From Seison nebaliae (Eukaryota), in contig JALJEE010001001.1 of assembly GCA_023231475.1 (NCBI GenBank), positions 1-43,823 on the forward strand: 43,823 nt of DNA. Direction: 5' to 3'. Under the pieces are notes generated by a model that was not told the origin of the DNA, did not search any database, and saw only the letters and a program-made list of their open reading frames with translations. The translations under genes and the position numbers were made by a program. Below, piece by piece: positions 23,702-34,415 of this stretch (the stretch's first letter is position 1; each line of letters opens with the position of its first letter).

Positions 23702-26422
23702 ATGCAGATGGAATTATCGAAATGTCTCCTCCACATCTTCCCACAAGTTCTCATGATTTGGAAACGTCATTCGATTCATCCGAAACTGTTCCAAACACTA
23801 TACATCGAACGAAAGGAGGAATTACATTTCTCGTTCGACGAATTGTGGAAACGAGAAGAGGAATTGCAATTGATCAAAGACAATTTGTTATACGTGACGA
23901 AACGGGAGAAAGGCGGGAAATGTGAGACGATCGAATTCTACGGAATTTTTGGTTTGATCAAATTCCTTTTTGGTTACTATTTAATTCTCATCACAAAATT
24001 CAGTGAAGTGACAACATTCCATTCGTCGTCCATTTATAAGATTGATGATGTAAAAATCATTTATATTCCTAATGGGGAATTGACATCAAAACAATTCCAT
24101 CATGAGAAACAACGTTCATGGAATAAGAAGAAATTATTGGAAGACGTTCAAGAGAATTTCATGACGTTCCAATTAATGATGGATGAAACAGAAAATTCGG
24201 AGAAATTTCTTCGAGATATTTGGATGAATGATGATGATCGTGATCAACAAAACAATTCCGTTACATCTACCAACACTCTCACTTCCACTCTCACCACCAT
24301 CGAACAACGATATATTAAATTACTCTACGAGAGTTTATCGTCACACTCTCTCTATTTCAGTGAGAGTTTCAATCTCTTCCTCACATTCCAAGAGAATTTG
24401 TCCCAATTTGAACATATGATAAAATCGAATGAGAAATTCGTCGCAATTAATTTCAACAATCAATCATCTCATTCTCTCAATGATTGTGAGAATTGTAATC
24501 GATGGAATGAACTCAATGAGGAATCAATAAAGAAATATTGTTGGAATCGATATCTCTTACAGGATTTGAGACGATTCGAGAAAATATCTTCCGTTTTCGC
24601 CATCGATGTCATGTGTGGATTCATTGATAGTTTCCAATTAATGCCATCAGGTAAGAGATTACATTTTTTATTTATTTGTCGACGATCTTCTAAGATGGCA
24701 GGAGTTCGATATTTGAAAAGAGGCGGAAATATGGAAGGAGATGTAGCAAATGAAGTTGAGAGTGAACAAATTATAAGTGATGAATTATTTAATCGATTCT
24801 CTTCATTTGTTCATATTAGAGGATCAGTACCTTTATATTGGTCACAACAACAATCGATGATTCCAAAACCGCCCATCATTATCGATTATGAAGATCCATA
24901 TTGTTCTTTGCCCATTAAACATTTCACTCAACTCATTCGTCGTCATTCATCTCCTATCGTCATTGTGAATTTGATGAAGAAGAATTATAAGAAAAATTCC
25001 GTTTCCTCATCATCGTCGATAACGGGCGTAAACGTTTCAATTCCTCCAATCGAAGAATCATTAAACAAATTACCGAAATGTCAACAAATATTTTATGATT
25101 ATCGATCGAATGAATTATTGAACGAATTGAAAAGTGAACAATTATTGACGAATCATTATCTTCGTTCTGTTCGTTTTATTCAACAATATACTCCGACGAA
25201 CACTCTCATTTATTATCACATCGATTTAGCAGCTGCTGCCAAATCGTCTTTAGTTTCCGGTACGACAAAAAACAAATCAAAAATCAAGTCATTAACTATT
25301 AAGGAAGAGGATGAGGACGGTCAAGAAGAGTTATGTCAAATCATTCCCAATACGGAATTGTTGAAACGTTTAGAGAATATTTATTATATTGATATTCTTC
25401 CGAAAGTCAATATTTTCTTATGGGAGAATGGAACCCAAAAACGCCAAAAAGGGGTCGCCCGTCTGAATTGTGTCGATTGTCTCGATCGAACAAATACAGC
25501 TGCTTATATTTTGGGTCGAGTAGCTTTCTCGTTTCAATTGTCGTCTCTCGGATTCATTCGTGACATTCATAAATTCCATATCGATTCCGTTGCTGATGAA
25601 TTGTTGAAAAAGATTTATGAATCTGGAGGTGATACGATTGCATATCAATATGTGGGATCTCAACTTGTTCATCGAGTAGATACTTATCGGAAAACGACAT
25701 CATTAATTACCAGACAATCACGTGATATGGTCCAGTCAATTTCGAGGTATTATAGTAACACTTTTACGGATAATGAGAAGCAGATGTCACTAAATATCTT
25801 ACATGGAACATTCATTCCATCTCAACAAATTAACAAAGATATTTGGCAACATTTCACTGATTATTATTGGCATGTGAATTATTCGTTTACGTCAACGCCT
25901 CTCCACTTGATGTGGGCGATGATGAGAGAATTAGAAAAGAAAAAGAAATCTGATAAGAGTCGTAACAATGAAAGAAAATTGAAATTCATCTCATCAAATC
26001 CGTTGAAGATGGTGAAATATGAGAATTTCCCAAAACTCTCGGAGAAAATTGAGAAATGTCGTAAACATCAAAATGGTGAACGATGTTTCTCAGTGAAACT
26101 AAATGATCAACAAATGAACGATGTGGAAATGTGCAGAGAGAAAATGATCTCATCAGATCTTCTAATTGATAATGAATTGACAGTTAATCGATTACCATCG
26201 TTCGATGTTTTCAATGACAATGAAATGAAATATTTCGAATTCATCGAAGAGCAAAAGAATAAGAAGAGACAACTGAAGAAGAGAAGGAAGAAAATGAAGG
26301 AGGAAATATTTTCATCTTTTAATTATTTGGATTATAAAGAGGAGGAGGACGATGAGATATATGAAGAATTGGAGATCGATCAACAAATAATGATCAATTA
26401 TACAAAATTAATATTTCAATGA
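23702..26422 (+). CDS. FIG4: FIG4/Sac3 polyphosphoinositide phosphatase (Sac domain), apparently single exon
   Basis: Motifs YGIFGLIKFL, RRSSKMAGVRYLKRG..GDVANEVESEQI, SSFVHIRGSVPLYWSQ, catalytic NCVDCLDRTN, GDTIAYQYVGSQLVH and SRYYSNTFTDNEKQ. Confidence 0.92.
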   Translation: MQMELSKCLLHIFPQVLMIWKRHSIHPKLFQTLYIERKEELHFSFDELWKREEELQLIKDNLLYVTKREKGGKCETIEFYGIFGLIKFLFGYYLILITKFSEVTTFHSSSIYKIDDVKIIYIPNGELTSKQFHHEKQRSWNKKKLLEDVQENFMTFQLMMDETENSEKFLRDIWMNDDDRDQQNNSVTSTNTLTSTLTTIEQRYIKLLYESLSSHSLYFSESFNLFLTFQENLSQFEHMIKSNEKFVAINFNNQSSHSLNDCENCNRWNELNEESIKKYCWNRYLLQDLRRFEKISSVFAIDVMCGFIDSFQLMPSGKRLHFLFICRRSSKMAGVRYLKRGGNMEGDVANEVESEQIISDELFNRFSSFVHIRGSVPLYWSQQQSMIPKPPIIIDYEDPYCSLPIKHFTQLIRRHSSPIVIVNLMKKNYKKNSVSSSSSITGVNVSIPPIEESLNKLPKCQQIFYDYRSNELLNELKSEQLLTNHYLRSVRFIQQYTPTNTLIYYHIDLAAAAKSSLVSGTTKNKSKIKSLTIKEEDEDGQEELCQIIPNTELLKRLENIYYIDILPKVNIFLWENGTQKRQKGVARLNCVDCLDRTNTAAYILGRVAFSFQLSSLGFIRDIHKFHIDSVADELLKKIYESGGDTIAYQYVGSQLVHRVDTYRKTTSLITRQSRDMVQSISRYYSNTFTDNEKQMSLNILHGTFIPSQQINKDIWQHFTDYYWHVNYSFTSTPLHLMWAMMRELEKKKKSDKSRNNERKLKFISSNPLKMVKYENFPKLSEKIEKCRKHQNGERCFSVKLNDQQMNDVEMCREKMISSDLLIDNELTVNRLPSFDVFNDNEMKYFEFIEEQKNKKRQLKKRRKKMKEEIFSSFNYLDYKEEEDDEIYEELEIDQQIMINYTKLIFQ

Positions 26423-26649
26423 TTTAAATTAAAAGGTAAAATTTTAATGATTTCATTATCAATGTCATGCTTTTTTGAATATTTAATAAAATTTTAAATA
26501 AATTCTTTAAGACTTCTTAAGTGAGATGACGTCAAAATAACGACAAGTCATGAATCGTACTCATATAAATACTCTTCTTCTTTTCCCATTTCCATTTTAA
26601 CTTAATTTCAATAATCTTATCGATTATACAAAACGTTTCATTAATCTAA

Positions 26650-29087
26650 ATGATTGATCCAATTAATAACATTCCAGTAGTGTCTGTGGTGAATGAACTT
26701 CCTCATCCATTGAATGGAAGAAAGAAGTTAATTCGAAAAAATCAAGTCAGTTTCATTGCCATCATAGTGATCGGGTTTATTATTCTCCTCAACAAATTAT
26801 TCATCATTCTCATTCTCTCAGTATTACAATTATTGCTGTTGCTGCAATAACTGCAGGAGTATTGTTAGGTGGTGGAACAAGTGCAACTAGTAACGGTGTG
26901 GAAATCAAACCTTCTCCCGTTAGTACAGATGGAACGACAGTAGAACCAGCTACAACGAAAGGAACAACAGAGAAACGAAGCACAACAATAACGGCGAGTG
27001 CTGCTAGTAGAATTGCAGAATATCCTAACGAGTTCACAATTCTTTCTCTTCTTTTTGAGAAAAATTCAAATCCATTTCAGAGATGGAGATAGTGAACGTT
27101 GTCCATATGAAATTGACGTGCCGAATATCGCCGTGGCTTGTAATTCGAGAGAGAAATATCGTTCACTTGATGGAAAATGTAACAATCTACTCCCTGCGCA
27201 TAATTGGTATGGCGTTGTTCATACACCGATGCTTCGAGCAGCCAAACCGGCTTACACCGTCGTCCAAACACAACTCAATGGTCCGAGACGTACGGATGAA
27301 AACGATTATCTCCCCAATTCAAGAGATATCACTTTAGCCGTTTTCGCTAACGACCAAACATTCTCTCAAAAAGATTCACATTTGTTCGTGTCGTTCGGTC
27401 AATTGTTGTCACATGATGTGACGGTTGCTGAACATTCATTTGGAAGAGCTGGTTTCTTCCGAGGAAAAGACAAATGTCCCTGTCAGGTTAAGGATGAAAA
27501 ATTAGTATCAGCAGAATGTATGAGTATTCCGATTGGATCGAAAGACGATTTCTTCCCAAAAAAGGACTGTCAACATTTGAATCGAGCTAAAGAAGCTCAA
27601 TACAAAAATTCTTTGTGTCCTTTCGCAAAGAACAAGAAAAACCCGAAAAATGTGTTGAATGGCGTTACACATTATCTCGATCTTTCCATAGTATATGGAT
27701 CCAACTTAGAAACTAATTCAGCATTAGTAGGAGAAGATTCAGAAATGGAAGTGTCATATGTGAAGGAAAACAATACGGCTATTACGAACCAATTGATGCC
27801 GGATTATGCTGGATCAGATCATTTATGTGAAGAAATGAAAACTAATACGACATGTTTCTCAGCTGGAGATGAACGAAATAGTGAGACGTTGGGATTGAAT
27901 AGTCTTCATACGATTCTGGTACGAAACCATAATCATATCGTACGAGAACTAAAGAAAGTGGAAGTGGTGAAGAGTGAGAAGGAATTGTATGAATTGGCAA
28001 GAAAAATTAATATTGGTCAATTCTCAACCATCGTCTATGGTGAATGGCTTCCAAATCTACTTGGCGATCAGGTGATGACCGTTTTCGATTTGAAATTACA
28101 ATCCGAAGAGAAATTCTTTGAGGGTTATTCTGATCAAGTTGATCCTCGAATGAGTATCGAATTGAACAGTGCTGCTTTCCGTATGGGACATACCATGCTT
28201 CGCGGCGATTTAACATTGAGAGATAACGATTATGATATTTTGGATACGGTGGAACTTGATCGAACTTTCTTTAACACCAAAATTCAAAGAAGGTTTATCA
28301 TTTCCAGAATTTAAATTTAAATTTTCTTTTCGATTAGTGAAAATGGAATCGAAAATATTCTTTTTGGTCTCTTAAGAGATCGAGCAGCATTATCTAAATT
28401 GAGTATACCGGTAGCGATGCATTCTCGATTATTTGCCATTTATGGTGAGAATGATGAAGTATTATCTGCTCATGATATTGCTAGTATTGATGTGGAAAGA
28501 GGACGAGATGCCGGATTGAAGGGTTATACTCACTATTTGAATTCTTGTCAGAAGAGAATATATGGTGATGAAGGACGATATGTTGAAACATATGACGATT
28601 TGGAAGACGAATTTATTATTCATAAGAATAATCTCGATATCATGAAATCCGTTTATAAGTTCCCCCATTTTTCTTCTTCATTTCATCTCAAATTTATGAA
28701 CAACAGGAAATTGGATGACGTCGATCTATTTGTCGGCGGTTTAGCCGAAAGTCATATGCCTGGTGGTTCGATAGGCCCAACATTCGCCTGCATTTTCGGC
28801 GATGCCTTCGAAAGAATGAAGAAAGGAGATCGATTCTATTTTGAAATAGATGATAGTCTCACCGGTTTCACACAAGAACAATTGACATCCGTCAAAAAGA
28901 TGTCGATGTCTAAAATGTTATGTAACACTTTGTCTGATGTTAAGCAGATTCAGAAATCAGCTTTCAATATCCCATCGCCAAGGTCAGTCATTTGATTTTA
29001 TATTTTCACTTTCACTTTCTTTCTAGTAATGTCGATGTGGAATGTGGAAGTTTAGATGATGTCGATTATTCGTTGTTCAACGAGTAA
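26650..29087 (+). CDS. Animal heme peroxidase (peroxinectin/chorion-peroxidase-like) with N-terminal TM anchor and S/T stalk, 6 exons
   Basis: Motifs YRSLDGKCNNL, FGQLLSHD (distal His), AGDERNSE, AAFRMGHT (proximal His), RGRDAG, DDVDLFVGGLAE and GDRFYFE. Introns 26775-26821, 27032-27080, 28293-28337, 28659-28706 and 28983-29026 keep frame to TAA at 29085-29087. Confidence 0.9.
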
Positions 29088-29331
29088 ATTTGAAAAAAAA
29101 GAAGAAACAATTTCCTTTCTTTAGTTCTCCTATTTCTTCAGTTTTCTTAGAATAAATTTTAGTTTATGAGAAATATATTTCTTGTTTTGTTTGAATTGAA
29201 AATTAGAAGAAGATAAAGATGAGAAGAATATCGATAAAATAACAAATAAACAATATGATGGAATTGCATCAGTATAAAATGAATTTAAAAGTTTGCGCCT
29301 CGATAATTCTTCTTCTTATTTGAAAGTAGAA

Positions 29332-31833
29332 ATGAAAGACAGTGATACATATACGTTACAGAATGGTGATAACTTTCGACCATCGAAATATGTGTCACTT
29401 GATCGATTACGATCAAGTCGTCCACCCGAGAACAAATCGGATACGACGATCAGTCAGAATTTCTCAGAAATCATCGAACAGAGTGGTCGTAAATTTGCTA
29501 GTCGATCACATAAGAAAAAGTTAAGAAATGAAGTTTCCATTCATGAAACGGAAGATATTAGTTCATTCGTCAAAATGACACCAGATAGTGAAAGGTATGA
29601 GAATCCATTTTTTCCTTCCGAATCCATCAAAGATTCGTCAACCATCTCCAAATTGAGTGAGGGAATGGTAAAAACTGCAGTGGGAAAAAACATTCTTCCA
29701 AGTCGAAAATTCATTCCATATCCGATACATGACATGTATTCAGTAAATCAAAATGCTCGAACTTCGTCAGTGAATCGTGAATCGAGACGAACGCCAAAAA
29801 ATCGATCATTGAAAAATACTTTTCAAAACCATCGATCGAATGGCTTAAACCAGAGACGTATAAGGAATGAACAATATTTGGAGTTGGATGAGATAACACC
29901 GTCAGGAATGATAATTGTTCCCAATGAGCAGGAGTTGTCGAAAGATATGAGTGAGATAGTTGCCGTTCCGACAGAAAATAATTTTATGAATCCCTCCAAT
30001 TTCTGGACGAGTAAGAAATGGGAGAATTCCATAAGTTCCTTCTCGAAACATTTGACGAATCCATCTGATTATCAAAATATTAATACTCATAATTATGATT
30101 CGATTCGAAATGATAGTTATGAGAATTTCGAAGAGATTAATGAAGATACTTTGTATGCGAATTTGGATCATTCTCAAGAAAAAATTGGAGGTTATACAAA
30201 TCAAAGTAGTAGTCCCCTATTATCACTCACTCAACGAGCGTCAAGTCAAGGAACTTCAGGTCATGGACGATCATATGCGATAAGTTCATATGAGACTCCA
30301 CCAATCAATAAACCGAGTTCAACAATGAAGAATTCTCGATCGTTATCATCAGGAATTCCAAATATTCCGGATGATGTGAAGAATTATTTGAATAATTTGA
30401 AGAGGGAATATGCATCAATTGGCAAAGGTGCCATATTGGATGTGCATGGTTTGGAGCGACAAAGGAACACGATTCGAAAGGTCATGGATCGAACGGAAAT
30501 GCCAGCTCAACGTATCCTCCGAAAGAAGTATGAACATCATGTAAGGAAATTACAACAACAGAGAGCGATACCTGAGGCTGGTATGAATATTTTCAAGAAG
30601 ATTCCATCGTTCGCTGAATCTAAGAGTGTCAAATTACTTCCCCAATCCGTATTGAAACATAAGATGGCGGAGAAATGTCACAAGAACAAATATGAATTTC
30701 AAATTTTCAGAAAACAGAAAAAGAAAAGTCCTCGTGTCACCATTCGAGATTCGGGAGAGCAGAATCTAAATAATAATAATAACGACCTAGATAATGTTGG
30801 ACAAAATCTTTTCGTGGAATCAGACAACGAAAATACTTCACACAAAGTCGATCAAGCCACATCTCCCATTCAGACGTGTGTTCCATATCAGAAACCGATA
30901 GAACCGATAGATGAGTTCAAGAAAAGTTCCACAAGCTGTGTTTGTTCGACAACGGTTGAAATGGGAACACAATCCAATCCGAATGGCTTCAATCAAGTGG
31001 AAACGAATACGAATCAAAATAAGGAGAATTCAGTGATCGATCAACCGAAAGATATTAATTTCTTGATGAAAGAATTGATGCAGATTTTGGATTTGCAAAA
31101 ATTGGAGAATGTGAGAAAGCCACCGAACAATTCGTTGAATGAAGAAGAATTGAGAAGGAATATACAGATGGAATATGAAATTAAAATGAAGAAGATTTTG
31201 GGGAATATCGTCCATCAAATTCAGAATGACAAAAGAAACCTCGTTGCGAAATTAGTGTCGATGGAAATGGAAACGGAAGAACGCGATAATCTTATAAAGA
31301 ATTTGAGGCAATCAATCGAAGTGTTGGTGAATCGTCATCGACATGATGATACGATGTCGGTCGAATTGTTGAATCTTCTCAAACTGTTATGTGAATCGGA
31401 AAATATTATCAAATTGAAAGAATATCGAAGAAATATTGAGAATCAAGCGGGAGAGAATGAAGTGAAATATGATCCAAGTAATATCAATTATATTAAATAT
31501 GTGACGTTAGAATTTATATTAGTCATTTAATATATTTTTTCGATTTCTTTCAGACGACAAGAACGTGCACAATATGTAGACGAAACACTCAAATCTCGAA
31601 GGAGACAAAAGAAGAAGAATAATCGGAATATCCTAATTCCAAAGAATCAATTGTTCATCGAACGTTCTCGACAACGACTTAGTAACATTGCATCCTATCC
31701 ATTGGAGGAAGTTATTCCAAAACGTCCCGAACAGAGTGCTCCTCCTCTCAACATGCAGAAATTGATGAATGCGAAAAGCGTTGCGGTAAGGAATTTATTA
31801 AGTAATTATCGATTGACAAAACCTTCGAAATAA
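29332..31833 (+). CDS. Uncharacterised S/N-rich protein with C-terminal coiled coil, 2 exons
   Basis: Long open frame of about 2.2 kb in AT-rich DNA. Intron 31506-31553 (48 nt, GTT..AG) joins it in frame to ORF 31651..31833. No family recognised; start codon uncertain. Confidence 0.65.
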
Positions 31834-32234
31834 TCGGAAGTTCATATAAATAGGAAAAAAATCTTCAGAAATAACCATCAATCTCTTCTATTTTCATTCG
31901 AGAATTTTGCACAATAAACTTCAATGTTAATTTCTATTAATATCTATTAAAATCAATTTGATAATCAATTTATTGGACACATAAATTCATTAACATCAAA
32001 ATTAACATGATAATAGTGATCATAAATATCAGGTAAGATAAGAATGAATAGAACATTAAAATTATTTCATTTGGAAGTGATAAACAGGAAAAAGTAGAAA
32101 CATTTTGAATTAGATATTCTTACGACCTAATGGGGAATCCAAAAGATTGAATATTAAGGATTGCTAATTAACAAAAAATATTAATTTTTACATGTACATT
32201 TTTTAACGAAATTTTTTTGATGAATGATTCAGTG

Positions 32235-32857
32235 TTAACTGCTCATGGGAATGTACCTTCTTCTGTTGTCGGGATCTCTCCGATTATGAATCCTCTCCAT
32301 TTTAACTTGTAAGAGACGAAAGTATTCCTGATAAGTCGAGTCAGCGACGGATAGAATAGAAGAGAGTTTCAGAAAGACCAGTACCTTGAACACCACGAGG
32401 AAAAACTTGTACGCACTCCACATTTTCCCTTAAAGACAGTCGTGCGTAGGACGAAATCAAAAAAAAAGAGTTTTATCGAATTAACTTTTATTTTGAAACG
32501 GAAAGTAAAATGAAAATAATATAACTAATTTATTCGATTTAGTTCCATCTACTTTCTACTTGAAGTAGTCTCTCTTATCTCTCGAACAATTCGCTGCATC
32601 AACTAAATCGAAATAGAATTTCTCTTTTCCATCTCACATCCATTTTAGACGTGGCAAGCAACCGAATAAATGAACGCCTCGAATAGAATGATGAATAAAC
32701 TCACCTTCTGTAGGAATGACAATCCGGTAATGAACAAGATTATTTGTAACGTGCCAAATATGACGAAATAGAGTGGCGAGAATCTTAATTTTCTCCGGAT
32801 GGTGTTCAACAAATTTTTTGTAGTACTCACTTCTTTCTCGTTAATTGTCGTCTCCAT
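32235..32857 (-). CDS. Putative small membrane protein (exon structure uncertain)
   Basis: METTINEK..FSPLYFVIFGTLQIILFITGLSFLQKVSLFIILFEAFIYS (two hydrophobic stretches). It can be spliced in frame to ORF 32235..32423, but other junctions are possible and no homology is recognised. Confidence 0.35.
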
Positions 32858-32947
32858 TTTTCGATAAAGGGTCGTAAAGAAAGGAAATTTCCAAATTTGA
32901 ACCAAAAAAATAGAAAACTAAAAAATTCTAATACAAATTTTTCTCTA

Positions 32948-33060
32948 ACCAATTCCTCCTTCTGCTTTTGATGAAAGTTGTTTTATTCCAAATCGAAAAA
33001 CCTTTCTTCATCAAACGAACAAATAAAATGGTTTGAAATTGAATTGCGAATAAACAAATT
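32948..33060. repeat. Diverged ~115-bp direct repeat, copy 1 (copy 2 at 34201-34315)
   Basis: Shared blocks in the same order: ACCAATTC..TTTGATGAAAGTT..TTCATC..AAACGAACAA..GTTTGAAATTGA.TTG.GAATAAA. Confidence 0.75.
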
Positions 33061-33676
33061 GGATGTTGATGAAAGTTAATAAGAAAACTACTTCTAATGT
33101 AACTAAACAGTAAGCTAGCTAAAACAGTAACTTTGTCTAAAATTCTCAAAATATTGAACAAAAAATTTAATTCTGGGGCATTTCCAACCTTTCTATATAC
33201 ATTGTATATACATCTGTATAACTTCACAATCTTCTTATGTAGAATATTGTTGGTCAAAGTAGACATTTCGGAACTATTGGGGCTGTGAATGTAGTAATAC
33301 AAGTAGTAGTTATAATCGGTATAATCTTGTTAGTATAATCTTAGTAGGAATGCACCTTAAACATCCATTCAGAAGCCAATTCTGTTTTAAAATTATTATG
33401 CATGATTTTTTTAGTTTCTTTGCCGATTGCCAGAACTTGTGGTTCCATTGTCAGTTAGAAACTATATAATATATCGAAGTTATGAATGGTTTTGTAATAC
33501 CTCATAACCGCCTGATAACTTTCAGTTTCTATTGTATTATATCTATTAATGTTAACGATTTAAAAATTTGGATTTTTCTAACATTGTAAGTATGATTTAT
33601 CAATTTTTAGAAAAATTAGGAATTGATAGCTGAATTAATGGTACTTATATTGGTTCAATTAATTCCAAATTTTTCT

Positions 33677-33851
33677 TATGATTATTCCACATCATTGTGG
33701 TGATTTTTAAAAAAAAATAAGTAAATCCGTTAATTTAGAAAATTGGAAAAAAAAATCAATGTATGTAAAAAAATTTTTTTCCAATTTTTAAAAATAACGG
33801 ATTTACTTAATTTTTTTTTAAAAAGCACCACAATGATGTGGTATAATCATA
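33677..33851. mobile_element. Foldback/MITE-like palindrome with ~80-bp arms
   Basis: TATGATTATTCCACATCATTGTGGTGATTTTTAAAAAAAAATAAGTAAATCCGTTAATTTAGAAAATTGGAAAAAA is mirrored, with few mismatches, by TTTTTTCCAATTTTTAAAAATAACGGATTTACTTAATTTTTTTTTAAAAAGCACCACAATGATGTGGTATAATCATA. Confidence 0.75.
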
Positions 33852-34200
33852 GCATTTTATCAAAATAGAAAAAAGCATTTTTTTGAAAAAATGAATGGAT
33901 TTTTTATCGACTGAGAATGTTCCTAGAATCTCAACAGTCAACTGTTTATTTTTTATTTTTCCCCGACTATTATTTCTCCGTCATTCATATAAAAAAATAT
34001 TATTCTTAAATCAAATTTGTAAAATAAAGAAATTTTTATTTATATTTTGTATTGAAAAGTTCAACAATATGATGATATGTTTTTTTGTAGTAGTCAAATA
34101 ATTGGTGTATAATGGATTGTCCTCTCCGTCACAGGAGACAGAAGAAAGAAAATTTCTTATTTTAAGATAAATGAAAAGTTTAAAGAAAATGTTTCTTCCC

Positions 34201-34315
34201 ACCAATTCTTCTTTCGATGTTTGATGAAAGTTTTTTTATTTCAAATTTAAAAAAAAACTTTCATCGGTAAACGAACAACTAATACCGTTTGAAATTGAGT
34301 TGTGAATAAAAAATT
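34201..34315. repeat. Diverged ~115-bp direct repeat, copy 2
   Basis: See copy 1. Contains the perfect stem GATGAAAGTTTTTTT/AAAAAAACTTTCATC. Confidence 0.75.
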
Positions 34316-34415
34316 TTTAAAATGGATAAAATTAGAAAAGAAAATTACTTCCGACGTCACGGACTGTTCATTAATAATAATAAAATGTTTCTGACGACTT
34401 ACAACTTTAAGTCGA

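Noticed and set aside
32968..33075. C/D or H/ACA snoRNA call for the duplicated element (TGATGA boxes)
   Set aside because: No matching CTGA D box or convincing second hairpin with ACA in both copies; left unclassified.
32928..34205. Short F/I/K-rich ORFs (124, 68 and 64 aa)
   Set aside because: Composition is typical of AT-rich non-coding DNA, with no motifs, and some overlap the repeats.
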